Sequence record: OR352942.1
Source of the DNA: Escherichia phage AV112
Length of the DNA stretch: 64,000 bases
Direction: 5' to 3' (one strand)
Shown here in pieces: positions 35,784-44,622 of this stretch (the stretch's first letter is position 1; each line of letters begins with the position of its first letter). Both the position numbers and the translations under genes were made by a program. Below the pieces are notes generated by a model that was not told the origin of the DNA, did not search any database, and saw only the letters and a program-made list of their open reading frames with translations.

Positions 35784-36145
35784 TATAGGCTCTCAGTAAA
35801 GGTACGAGCGATAACGTCGCGCTGCTGTTCCGGAGTCAGAGAGTTAAAGCGAACTGCATAACCGGATACACGGATGGTCAGCTGTGGATATTTTTCCGGA
35901 TGCTTAACTGCATCTTCCAGAGTTTCACGACGCAGAACGTTAACGTTCAGGTGTTGACCACCTTCAATTTTAACTTTAGGTTGATGTTCAATTTCAATTT
36001 CACGGGCATTCAAACCGTAGAAAATTTCTGGGTCTACAATAGCGTCTTCTTTAAAAGTCTTAGAGACAATAATCCGGGCTTGAGCACCGTCTTCAAAATA
36101 AATAGTGCCTTTATGTACACCTTCAAGAATTTGATATGCTTTCAT
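35783..36145 (-). CDS. Autonomous glycyl-radical cofactor protein (GrcA/YfiD-like)
   Basis: C-terminal 60 residues are essentially identical to recalled E. coli GrcA ([59 protein letters not shown]), including the RVSGY glycyl-radical motif. Confidence 0.8.
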   Translation of the reverse strand: MKAYQILEGVHKGTIYFEDGAQARIIVSKTFKEDAIVDPEIFYGLNAREIEIEHQPKVKIEGGQHLNVNVLRRETLEDAVKHPEKYPQLTIRVSGYAVRFNSLTPEQQRDVIARTFTESL

Positions 36146-36151
36146 ATAACC

Positions 36152-36508
36152 TCAATTAGAAAATAAATTTATCCAAGATTTTTCTTTAATCAAAAATGGG
36201 TCGGAATTAAACGCCATTAAACTTTGGGTGATTAATCCCTTAAATGGTCCATCAATAAATTCCATTTTGAAATGTGGAATACTAGTCATCAACCGTGCAT
36301 TAGGAGCAGTACAAAGAACCTGCTGACCTGCGAACGGACCTTTAGTCAAACGATATCGTTTAGGTTTAAAATGGTAAATCTCGTAATTTTCTACAAGAGC
36401 CCTTTTATTGCATACTGGGCTGTTATAACAATACTCAAAAACTTCAATAGTGGTCATCATTGCATTCCAATCACAAAAAATTGAGGACGAGCAATACCGC
36501 CGATGCAA
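36152..36508 (-). CDS. Hypothetical protein
   Basis: 118 aa ORF. Confidence 0.4.
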   Translation of the reverse strand: MHRRYCSSSIFCDWNAMMTTIEVFEYCYNSPVCNKRALVENYEIYHFKPKRYRLTKGPFAGQQVLCTAPNARLMTSIPHFKMEFIDGPFKGLITQSLMAFNSDPFLIKEKSWINLFSN

Positions 36509-37032
36509 TATTTGCTTTTGCAGCAGTGCTGTATTGCTTTAATATGGACATTGTAAATCTTATCCATATCAGGAGCTTTAATAGGCTCGTCAATTATATA
36601 CAGAATACGAGAAAGCGTTAATCCACGGAATTTAGAACCTTCATTACCAATAAAACTACGGACAGAATCAGTAAATAAACGGAATCGAATATCATCGCTA
36701 GAATAACGTGAAAATTCTTTTTTAATGTTGCCAGCAGAAATTTTAGCATAAGCTGAAGTATTAGAAAGAACAATAACTGTTCCACCATCGAGCAGCCAAT
36801 TAGCGGCAAAATTAGTTACTGCGGTAGATTTACCAGATTGTCTGCCACCGTCTAAACGAAGTGTACAGTACTGCTTGAGTACGTCTTCAAATGGTGGGGC
36901 ACAACCGTTCTTACAAATTTCTTCTACTCTAGCATCAGAATGGTGTGTAAAAGCATTCATCAGGGATAGATAAGGTCCAGTTAAAAATGTTCTCATATTA
37001 TTTCTCTTAAGGTTTGGGCCATTCCATGGCAC
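36457..37032 (-). CDS. P-loop protein
   Basis: Walker A DGGRQSGKST. Confidence 0.45.
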   Translation of the reverse strand: MPWNGPNLKRNNMRTFLTGPYLSLMNAFTHHSDARVEEICKNGCAPPFEDVLKQYCTLRLDGGRQSGKSTAVTNFAANWLLDGGTVIVLSNTSAYAKISAGNIKKEFSRYSSDDIRFRLFTDSVRSFIGNEGSKFRGLTLSRILYIIDEPIKAPDMDKIYNVHIKAIQHCCKSKYCIGGIARPQFFVIGMQ

Positions 37033-37274
37033 ATGTTAGGTCCTTCGATTCGCTATGTAAACCCATTACCGCACTTGGGCTCGACCTTATTACAGGTTGG
37101 CGGGAATCCCTCATAGAATCATGAGGTCCAGGTTGTTCCCATGTTATTTGAATGTAAATATTTTTGCCGTAATACTTATACCAGTGTGGCTTCGTTAAAA
37201 TTTTTTCATCGAGTCATTTTACCTCTCCAAGTAATTATGAATATACTATCACAATTTTAGGAGAAAGTAAACTG

Positions 37275-37577
37275 TTATTTACCTTTAATTACTTTAGCTG
37301 CTTCGATAGCCGCTTGCTGAAGGTCATCCATCGACATACCGAATTTAGAAGCAAAGTTATCAATTTTCTTTTCGACAGCATTCAAAGGCTTGGCCTGTTT
37401 ACCTTCATTAGCGCCAGGAAGAGCGAGAATACGCTCTTTGTCAATATAAAGGCTTACAAGTTTCTTACGGTCTTTATCGGACAAATCATGAAATGAATGG
37501 GCCTTTTTATTTATAGCGGCTTCTAATTTACCTGCACTCACTCGCGCTTCAGTAATAAATTCTTGATATGTTTTCAT
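37275..37577 (-). CDS. Internal protein (IP) with capsid-targeting sequence; ipII position
   Basis: Starts MKTYQEFITEA, matching the T4 internal-protein capsid-targeting consensus MKTYQEFIAE; 100 aa as for T4 IPII. Confidence 0.65.
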   Translation of the reverse strand: MKTYQEFITEARVSAGKLEAAINKKAHSFHDLSDKDRKKLVSLYIDKERILALPGANEGKQAKPLNAVEKKIDNFASKFGMSMDDLQQAAIEAAKVIKGK

Positions 37578-37618
37578 ATGTTTCCTTTAAATGTAAATAG
37601 GCCTAAATATAGGCCTTA

Positions 37619-38197
37619 TTAATTACCACGGGCTGCATTAGCAACGGCGTAAGCGTACTGAACATTAGCGTCTTTAAACGTACCTTTAGAGGTATCTAGT
37701 TCTGCCTTAAAGCCACCTTTAGCCATAACATCGGCAAATTCTTTACGGAAGGCCATTGCATCAAGACCTTTCCATGATGATTTGTGCTTGGCGAATTCAA
37801 GACCAGCGTAGTTGACAGCCTTAGCTAATTTATTATCAATGACCCATTTACCGGCTTTAGGCACAAACACCGGGCCTTTCTGTTTAGAGAATAGTTTTAA
37901 ATTCCAGCGACGAAGATCACTGTCGGCTTTAACAAAAGCTGCGTCTAAGTTACTAGCAACAACATCTTGAATATGGCCAAATTTAAGCCCATCAACTTCA
38001 ATATTTAAATCGGTACGCCAGCGAAGTCCTTCCCAAGCGAAGGCTTTAAAATCAGAAGCTTTTGTGGCTAGATATCGTTCAAGTGGAGCAGTTTTAGGGT
38101 CAAAGCCGTTACCGCCACGATAAGTCCACTCGTCCTTATTAATGCCTTGAGCTTTTCCTGCAAAGGCCTCGGCGATAAATTCTTTATATGTTTTCAT
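37619..38197 (-). CDS. Internal protein (IP) with capsid-targeting sequence; ipIII position
   Basis: Starts MKTYKEFIAEA; 192 aa. Confidence 0.65.
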   Translation of the reverse strand: MKTYKEFIAEAFAGKAQGINKDEWTYRGGNGFDPKTAPLERYLATKASDFKAFAWEGLRWRTDLNIEVDGLKFGHIQDVVASNLDAAFVKADSDLRRWNLKLFSKQKGPVFVPKAGKWVIDNKLAKAVNYAGLEFAKHKSSWKGLDAMAFRKEFADVMAKGGFKAELDTSKGTFKDANVQYAYAVANAARGN

Positions 38198-38260
38198 TTT
38201 TGTTTCCTTGTTTGTTTTGATAGAGTAATTATACCATATTAATACTTAAGCGTAAACTGT

Positions 38261-38521
38261 TTAAGCTTTACCGCCGGAAATAATTCCGAAGTTGTTAAAA
38301 TCGTATCCAATATCGTCAACATCTACTTTAGGACTTGTAGCAACATAAGCAATTTCACTACGTTTTGCATAGGTGTTGATTTCTTTACCATCGCCACCTA
38401 AGAAAAAATACCCATTACGTTTTAATGAGCCAAAGTCTTCCGCATCACCAATGAAAGCTTTAACTTTAAATTTAGGACCTTTGGCATCTGCTTCAGCGAT
38501 AAATTCTTGATACATTTTCAT
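38261..38521 (-). CDS. Internal-protein-like small protein
   Basis: Starts MKMYQEFIAEA. Confidence 0.55.
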   Translation of the reverse strand: MKMYQEFIAEADAKGPKFKVKAFIGDAEDFGSLKRNGYFFLGGDGKEINTYAKRSEIAYVATSPKVDVDDIGYDFNNFGIISGGKA

Positions 38522-38527
38522 TTTTCC

Positions 38528-38941
38528 TTAGTAAATTGATTTACCATAGTATTTGTACCAAGTAGGACGTTGAGCAATTTTTTCATCTAAGCGTGCTTGA
38601 CTTATCGCAATGGACGCTTCGGACGGGACATAATTATTACGAAATTCGGCAGGGATGTCGGAAATATCCTGGACAGTCGTGTCCTTGATTTTGAAACCAC
38701 GTTTCAAGCATTCAGCGATTAGCTCGATTTGTCGTAAACGTAAAAATTCGAGTTTGTCGTAAAAGAATGTTACGTGGCCGGTGCCTAAGATAAATGTTGG
38801 AGAGATTTTAAAATCCTTTACACGTTTACCATTTTGAACATGTTTACGGACTGCACCGAATACACGAGGTAATTCACGATACTCAGCCATAAGATGTTGG
38901 TCGGTCAGTTCAGAAACAAGTGTTAAATTGATACGGGTCAT
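38528..38941 (-). CDS. denV: Endonuclease V (pyrimidine-dimer DNA glycosylase)
   Basis: Start trimmed to [12 protein letters not shown]; near-identical to recalled T4 DenV across its length. Confidence 0.93.
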   Translation of the reverse strand: MTRINLTLVSELTDQHLMAEYRELPRVFGAVRKHVQNGKRVKDFKISPTFILGTGHVTFFYDKLEFLRLRQIELIAECLKRGFKIKDTTVQDISDIPAEFRNNYVPSEASIAISQARLDEKIAQRPTWYKYYGKSIY

Positions 38942-38968
38942 AATTTCCTCCAAGTAGTTGATGAATGT

Positions 38969-38998
38969 ATAGTATCAAAACCCTTGGAGGAAGTAAAC
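38969..38998 (-). promoter_or_regulatory. Sigma70-type early promoter upstream of denV
   Basis: Minus strand reads GTTTAC, an 18-nt spacer, then TACTAT. Confidence 0.5.
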
Positions 38999-38999
38999 A

Positions 39000-39281
39000 C
39001 TATTTTTCTGAAGCGCCTGAAATATATTTTTCAAGACGTTGTTTCATCAGCGAGCCGTTCTTAGCGATTTCTTCCGGTTTATCGCACATACGCAACAAGG
39101 CTTCAAGCTTAACGATATCACTGGTGCGTTCAAATTTGCGAGTATCTATCTTACTAGCAAGTTCAGAAATACGTGCTAATAGACTTTCGGCTTCAACCAA
39201 AGCTGCACCTAGCTTAGTTGCAAATGTGTCAGTAGCTTCGTTAAGAATAGATTCTGATAAAAATTCACTATATGTTTTCAT
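39000..39281 (-). CDS. Internal-protein-like protein
   Basis: Start at [10 protein letters not shown]; its ATG overlaps the stop codon of gene e (ATGA). Confidence 0.55.
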   Translation of the reverse strand: MKTYSEFLSESILNEATDTFATKLGAALVEAESLLARISELASKIDTRKFERTSDIVKLEALLRMCDKPEEIAKNGSLMKQRLEKYISGASEK

Positions 39282-39766
39282 ATATACGCTTTCCAAGTTC
39301 CTGTTTTAAATGTTGAGATTACGCGTTTCGCGCGATTAGGTGTCTGACGATACCATTTAGATTGGGCTAGATTTACTGCCGCTTCGTCCCAACGTTTCTG
39401 TTGAAGCATACGAAGAGAATTAGTAAAACCGGCGACGCCTGCTACACCCATTTGGAAGACCATATTGACCAGTGCACATCGACGAACCGCATCTAAAGAA
39501 TCGTATACCGGTTTAAGTTTAGCATTACCCAAGATTCCGCGAACGGCTTTATCAACGTCTTCATTAAATAACTTTTCAGCCTCATCAAGGGTAATTGTAC
39601 CGTTGCATTTACGTCCGATCATTCTGTCAAGTTCAGCTTTAGCTACGGTTAAAGACGGGTTCTTTGTTACTAAATGACCTATGCCAATCGTCCAAAAGCC
39701 TTCAGTGTCTTTGTATAAAGTCAGTCTAAGACCTTCGTCATTACGAAGCATTTCAAATATATTCAT
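39278..39766 (-). CDS. e: Endolysin (T4 lysozyme)
   Basis: Start trimmed to [15 protein letters not shown], preceded by GGGAGGTATT-ATG; near-identical to recalled T4 lysozyme. Confidence 0.95.
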   Translation of the reverse strand: MNIFEMLRNDEGLRLTLYKDTEGFWTIGIGHLVTKNPSLTVAKAELDRMIGRKCNGTITLDEAEKLFNEDVDKAVRGILGNAKLKPVYDSLDAVRRCALVNMVFQMGVAGVAGFTNSLRMLQQKRWDEAAVNLAQSKWYRQTPNRAKRVISTFKTGTWKAYI

Positions 39767-39800
39767 AATACCTCCCACGTTTATAGGAGGTATTTATTAC

Positions 39801-40259
39801 TTATAGGAGGGTAGTGAGCACCTTATATAATGATTTGCCCATTACATATTCCCATTGAGAAGGTTTAATTAAAGCGAATGCATCAAATTCAGGAATCTGA
39901 CGTCCGTCTTGGAATGTATGATAGGAATTACAAACACTGTTTCTGAATTGCTCGTGCTCTACAGGGATGGTATATAGGAACAGATGAATATTCTTATTGT
40001 CTGAGTAATGATGTTCACCTAGGTCTTTCAGGAAGGCAGGGTCATATTGTGTAAACCCAGTTTCTTCTTCGCATTCACGAACAGCGGCTTCGATAGGAGA
40101 TTCACCTGGCTCGACACGGCCTTTAGGAATATCCCACCGATGAGCTAAAGAACCTTTAGGACGAGAACCAGTTACACGCCCCATGAATAATTCTTTATCT
40201 TCGGTAAGGAAAATAATACCGGCTGATAGTTCTTTCACTTTATTTTTCTTACTCATCAT
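39801..40259 (-). CDS. nudE: Nudix hydrolase NudE
   Basis: Nudix box GRVEPGESPIEAAVRECEEETGF; lies next to e as in T4; the start among the two or three adjacent Met codons is uncertain. Confidence 0.85.
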   Translation of the reverse strand: MMSKKNKVKELSAGIIFLTEDKELFMGRVTGSRPKGSLAHRWDIPKGRVEPGESPIEAAVRECEEETGFTQYDPAFLKDLGEHHYSDNKNIHLFLYTIPVEHEQFRNSVCNSYHTFQDGRQIPEFDAFALIKPSQWEYVMGKSLYKVLTTLL

Positions 40260-40747
40260 CTCAAATTCCTGCATTCGGTAATAAAACGTTCAACTTCATT
40301 ATTCTTGGCCTTTATCTTGTCTTTACGTTCCTGTAAACTACTTTTAACAAGATTAATAATGATGGCGGCGGTACCGCCGCCAATGATGCCACCAACAACA
40401 CTTATGATACTAGATGCTAATAAGATAGCAATAATATCAACAAAACCGAAAGAACTCACCTTAGTACTGAAAAACCATATAGACGGCACAAATATAATCC
40501 ATCCTGTTATCCATTGGCACTTATTGAAAAACTTTTCAAGCTCAGCTTGAGTTGTTCGTATTACTTCATCGATAGGTTTATATCCATTAATGTATCTGTT
40601 CACGATAATACCTGCTGGCTGGTCGATTTTAAATTCTTGGCAAATATGTTTAACTAAGTAGGATGGACATCCTGTCCAATCTACTGAATAGTATGAAATA
40701 CCTTCATTGCCATCGTCTATATTAGACCAATATGTTTTGTTAATCAT
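40256..40747 (-). CDS. Membrane protein ending in a FITECR motif
   Basis: 163 aa with a C-terminal transmembrane region; ends ERFITECRNLR. Confidence 0.5.
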   Translation of the reverse strand: MINKTYWSNIDDGNEGISYYSVDWTGCPSYLVKHICQEFKIDQPAGIIVNRYINGYKPIDEVIRTTQAELEKFFNKCQWITGWIIFVPSIWFFSTKVSSFGFVDIIAILLASSIISVVGGIIGGGTAAIIINLVKSSLQERKDKIKAKNNEVERFITECRNLR

Positions 40748-41418
40748 TACCAGCCTTCCATAGGGAATTCCAGATAAACTTGAGCATTGACACGAATTTC
40801 ATTGGTAATCTTTTTAACTCGGTCTGTATTACGAGATACACGTCCGAACCAACGCCATCCATTACTAATTGCACGAGAACCAGTGTGCCATGTTTGCCAA
40901 TCAAACTGAAGAAGAGTACGATCTGGAGCTTCCCATTTCTCTAGTTCACCTTTTTCGATTTTTTCGAGGACTTCTTTGTGCCACTGGCGATAGATAAGTT
41001 CGCCATCAGGAATCTGACTGAACTCTGCAGTTCCTGTTGCAAAATGAGTAGGACACACATCAGCGTTAACAAGACCAAGAATATGTTCAGAATGGTAACG
41101 AGGGTTGTCATAGTCAGGTTGTCCTGCAGTAATAAAGTGTTGACCAACTGGAATATCAGGGCGTGGTACGTCATCATGGTGATAGCCTGGGATTGCAGGA
41201 TACCAACCAGGCATCAGCATGTGGACTCGTGAATCAAATACAACCTGGTCGGTGTTCCAATCATCAGGAAGATTTTGGATAAAGCTACGAGTAATTGGGC
41301 CACCATTATCAAAAGCAAAATTCAAATCGCAGTTAAAGAACATAGGCTCGTTTTTAATCTGGTTGTTTTTAATCTCATGAGCAAAACCACCTACTGCACG
41401 AGCTTGGCTATTAAACAT
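40747..41418 (-). CDS. Hypothetical protein
   Basis: 223 aa, His/Asp-rich ORF with no recognisable family. Confidence 0.5.
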   Translation of the reverse strand: MFNSQARAVGGFAHEIKNNQIKNEPMFFNCDLNFAFDNGGPITRSFIQNLPDDWNTDQVVFDSRVHMLMPGWYPAIPGYHHDDVPRPDIPVGQHFITAGQPDYDNPRYHSEHILGLVNADVCPTHFATGTAEFSQIPDGELIYRQWHKEVLEKIEKGELEKWEAPDRTLLQFDWQTWHTGSRAISNGWRWFGRVSRNTDRVKKITNEIRVNAQVYLEFPMEGW

Positions 41419-41434
41419 ATTATTTTCCTCGATA

Positions 41435-41740
41435 TTATTTTCCTCGGCATTCTTTAATGAAATTTTCTAGATTGGTAGATTCAATAGCTTTTTTACGAGC
41501 TTCTGCGTGTTCTTCTTCAGACAATTTACATTTATAATTGACCCAGGCATTATGGTCGAAACTAGTCGTGGCATATAATAACAATGCTCCGACGAATAAT
41601 AAAAACGGTGATAAGAATACAAAACCAGGAACACCATCCATATCGTAAGCCTTTTGTAATACTGCAACAGAAAGGGCCGCGTAAAAAGGTGATGCAAATA
41701 TTGTTAAAAGACCAATTCGGTTGGTTTCTGTTAATTTCAT
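41435..41740 (-). CDS. Membrane protein ending in a FIKECR motif
   Basis: 101 aa with two transmembrane helices; ends ENFIKECRGK. Confidence 0.5.
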   Translation of the reverse strand: MKLTETNRIGLLTIFASPFYAALSVAVLQKAYDMDGVPGFVFLSPFLLFVGALLLYATTSFDHNAWVNYKCKLSEEEHAEARKKAIESTNLENFIKECRGK

Positions 41741-41768
41741 ATTATTCTCCTCATGTTTTAATAGGACT

Positions 41769-41798
41769 ACTATAACATAGTCCTATCATGTTGTAAAC
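41769..41798 (-). promoter_or_regulatory. Sigma70-type early promoter with palindromic -10 region
   Basis: Minus strand reads GTTTAC, an 18-nt spacer, then TATAGT, embedded in the inverted repeat ATAGGACTA/TAGTCCTAT. Confidence 0.5.
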
Positions 41799-41810
41799 AG
41801 TTTTGTGAAG

Positions 41811-42767
41811 TTATTTGAAAGGTTTCACCATATGAAAATTTTCTTTAAACCGTTTGATGTAATCATTTTTGCCGAGCTTATGATACATAGCCACTACTTC
41901 ATAATAGTTCTCGTATGCGTACTCACGGAACCAACCAGAGGTGATGCTTGTACAGACCTTTTCCAATGCCATCATGAAACTGGCTTCAGGGTTAATTTTA
42001 AAGTCATTAGGAATCTGAGAACGTTCTAATGCTAGTACACATGATTCTTCGTATACACCGGCCAATTTGACCATTTCTGGTAATGATTCGAACTTCTCTC
42101 GTGAGGTCATGACTTCAGAACCGTCTTTCATATAAAATGTATACGCTGGACGGTCTGTTAGCGCAATGGCTTCATGAATAGTATCATGGTCATATGTATA
42201 GATGTCATCTTTAAAGAACGCACTTTTAGAAGTGTCAAGAACTGGGTGAGCATAGTTCAAGGTTTCTTTCTGGCGTTTCAGCATAATTTCAGTAAGTTCA
42301 TCGTTCAGTGTAACACCTTTACCGCGAAGATACTGAATATGGTTCATAGTCTTTAAAAAGAATGGATTATTTTTCTTGAAACGATGAGACATCTTAATTG
42401 CAAGACACATCTCAGGAGTTGCCCAGTAAAACCCGTTCAAACGGTCTTTAGTCAAATTTTTCTTGGCGTATTTTAAAAGGTCATAAGAAGACGTGAAATC
42501 TTCAGGAGTGAGTTCACCGACTAATTCACGGACATTAGTGATTGCCGGAACAATATATGCTTCAAAATGAGTTTCGCGTCCGTTATGGAAACATTTGAAA
42601 ACTTGGACACCAGGGTTATCTTGATGAACGTATACACCCATCATTTGATTTTTGAATGCATTCCAAGAACCTTGGTCTGCAATAAAGTCCCAGTCACTAT
42701 TTTTGATAGCGTTAGAATCAATAAGACCGTGATAGTGAAGTGCACGAGAACCAATAACTAACATCAT
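41811..42767 (-). CDS. Hypothetical protein
   Basis: 318 aa ORF. Confidence 0.5.
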   Translation of the reverse strand: MMLVIGSRALHYHGLIDSNAIKNSDWDFIADQGSWNAFKNQMMGVYVHQDNPGVQVFKCFHNGRETHFEAYIVPAITNVRELVGELTPEDFTSSYDLLKYAKKNLTKDRLNGFYWATPEMCLAIKMSHRFKKNNPFFLKTMNHIQYLRGKGVTLNDELTEIMLKRQKETLNYAHPVLDTSKSAFFKDDIYTYDHDTIHEAIALTDRPAYTFYMKDGSEVMTSREKFESLPEMVKLAGVYEESCVLALERSQIPNDFKINPEASFMMALEKVCTSITSGWFREYAYENYYEVVAMYHKLGKNDYIKRFKENFHMVKPFK

Positions 42768-42795
42768 AATATTTTCCTCGGATTAATTCATTAAC

Positions 42796-43047
42796 TTAAA
42801 TTTCACGACATGCGATATCATATTCATCCCATAGGTCATCGTGTGAAGCCTCTACTAATGGAACGATTGTACCATTTATGTCTTCATTATAAGGGCAAAT
42901 TGTACAGTGTGCATCTTCGAATCGGATGCCTTTGTGTTCAGATTTTTTATAACGCATATCGAATATCTTTGCAAACTTTTCACGAGTAATGGTTTTAGCA
43001 ACCACTTTGGTTCCAACACTTTCGTAATAAATCATTGTGGACTCCAT
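42796..43047 (-). CDS. Small Cys/His-containing protein
   Basis: 83 aa; HCTICPYN...ACREI. Confidence 0.45.
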   Translation of the reverse strand: MESTMIYYESVGTKVVAKTITREKFAKIFDMRYKKSEHKGIRFEDAHCTICPYNEDINGTIVPLVEASHDDLWDEYDIACREI

Positions 43048-43063
43048 TTAATTTGATAGGACT

Positions 43064-43093
43064 ACTATAACATAGCCCTATCTTGTTGTAAAC
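43064..43093 (-). promoter_or_regulatory. Sigma70-type early promoter with palindromic -10 region
   Basis: Same architecture as the promoter at 41769, with the palindrome TAGGACTA/TAGCCCTA. Confidence 0.5.
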
Positions 43094-43097
43094 TGTT

Positions 43098-43295
43098 TTA
43101 GCAAGAATAACTAGATGATACCCAGCCTTGAACAGTAATACTATTATTTGATACCGAGATTGCATTCTGGAGATTCAAACCTGCATTATCTTCAATCCAC
43201 AATGTAACTTCTTCGCGTTCTTCTGTTGCAATTTGGAACAGGTTTTCTAGGGCAGCTACTGCCGTACGTACAGCACAATCCAATTCACGAGACAT
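43098..43295 (-). CDS. Small protein, C-terminal W-V-SSS-x-SC family (member 1)
   Basis: 65 aa; ends QGWVSSSYSC. Confidence 0.45.
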   Translation of the reverse strand: MSRELDCAVRTAVAALENLFQIATEEREEVTLWIEDNAGLNLQNAISVSNNSITVQGWVSSSYSC

Positions 43296-43304
43296 GTAGT
43301 TTCC

Positions 43305-43577
43305 TTAGCAAGTGTGAGAAGATGCAATCCAACCACCAGTTTCAAGGCTCAGGTTGTAGTCGTATTGGTAAACGTCAGCCCATTCAGCATAGCCGTTTTT
43401 TGTACAACGTTCAAGATCGGCTTTAAGTTGTCCGGGTGAATGATATGTTCCACCCATACCATAAGCTGGATACAAGTCGAATGTTGTGTTTTGTTTATCA
43501 GCAATTTCTTTGGCAGCCTCAATAGCTGCATAGATTTTTGCTACGGCTTCAGCCAGTTCGGTTTGTTCTTTAGACAT
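43305..43577 (-). CDS. Small protein, C-terminal W-I-ASS-x-TC family (member 2)
   Basis: 90 aa; ends GGWIASSHTC. Confidence 0.5.
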   Translation of the reverse strand: MSKEQTELAEAVAKIYAAIEAAKEIADKQNTTFDLYPAYGMGGTYHSPGQLKADLERCTKNGYAEWADVYQYDYNLSLETGGWIASSHTC

Positions 43578-43586
43578 AATGATTCC

Positions 43587-43892
43587 TTAGCACAACGCAG
43601 AAGACGAAACCCAAGCACCTTCAGTAATAACGTAACCATTACCTTCACGCTTAACATCGCCACCATTATTTTCAATTTCATCTTTCATCCACTGGGATAC
43701 GATTTCACCCTTAGGATAATAAGTACGACCGCTACCATAATCACCTACAGAAAATGATACGGCGTATTGGTCTGCGATCTTTGTTGCTTCTTCTTCGATA
43801 CGTTCAGCTTGATTCAGAAGTTTATAAATTGCATCTGAAGCGGATTTGGCATCATTAAACTCTGGTACTTTAATTTCAATAATCTTACTCAT
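43587..43892 (-). CDS. Small protein, C-terminal W-V-SSS-x-LC family (member 3)
   Basis: 101 aa; ends GAWVSSSALC. Confidence 0.5.
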   Translation of the reverse strand: MSKIIEIKVPEFNDAKSASDAIYKLLNQAERIEEEATKIADQYAVSFSVGDYGSGRTYYPKGEIVSQWMKDEIENNGGDVKREGNGYVITEGAWVSSSALC

Positions 43893-44248
43893 TTTCTACA
43901 TTCCTTAATAAAGTTTTCGATTGTTTCATTTTCACGTCTAGCTAGGAGTTCATTATAACTAATCATTTGAGAAGCGTAAACCTTTTTATTTTTCTTGTTA
44001 TGGTTTATAAAATCGTAGTAAAAATAGACTACAGTACAAAATGATGCGATGGATGCAAAGGCTTGGGTATACCGTAAGTCCTGCCATTGGTCTGTGAATC
44101 CACCAGTGTTCCCTATAAATCCTAACACAACGCCGTCAATAAGAAATCCAACTAATCCAAAGGCAAATCCCATGCCAATACTCATAATAAAAATTAGAAT
44201 GTTCTCACCAAGAGAAGGCCATACGGTTAAGAGTTGAGGCTTTTGCAT
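43889..44248 (-). CDS. Membrane protein ending in a FIKECR motif
   Basis: 119 aa with two transmembrane helices; ends ENFIKECRK. Confidence 0.5.
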   Translation of the reverse strand: MQKPQLLTVWPSLGENILIFIMSIGMGFAFGLVGFLIDGVVLGFIGNTGGFTDQWQDLRYTQAFASIASFCTVVYFYYDFINHNKKNKKVYASQMISYNELLARRENETIENFIKECRK

Positions 44249-44622
44249 CTTATTTCCTTAACGAATTCCATAGCTTCTTCATATTCGTACTTTTTAACAG
44301 CTTCATCATACTGAGCTTGGGCTTTTGCGCACTGAACTTTCCATTCTCTTAATCGGGCTCTATAATGACGTCCTTGGTGCCAATATCCTACCCAATTAAT
44401 AGGCATTAATAAAAACGGTACAATAAGTGGTGCGACGAACATTAATGAAAATGCTGCATCAGACGATATAACTTCACTAGAATCTAAAACAGCTCCTATA
44501 ATCGTAAAGATTAAAAATGCTAAAGCTAAAATAGGGCCAAATAGTACTTCGTTTGGGATTAATTTACGCTTGTATTCATACGCCCAGGGCTTAATTGGCA
44601 TGTATAGGGTTGGCTTTGACAT
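44227..44622 (-). CDS. Membrane protein
   Basis: Start placed at MSKPTLYMPIK; two transmembrane helices; ends EFVKEIRCKSLNS. Confidence 0.45.
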   Translation of the reverse strand: MSKPTLYMPIKPWAYEYKRKLIPNEVLFGPILALAFLIFTIIGAVLDSSEVISSDAAFSLMFVAPLIVPFLLMPINWVGYWHQGRHYRARLREWKVQCAKAQAQYDEAVKKYEYEEAMEFVKEIRCKSLNS

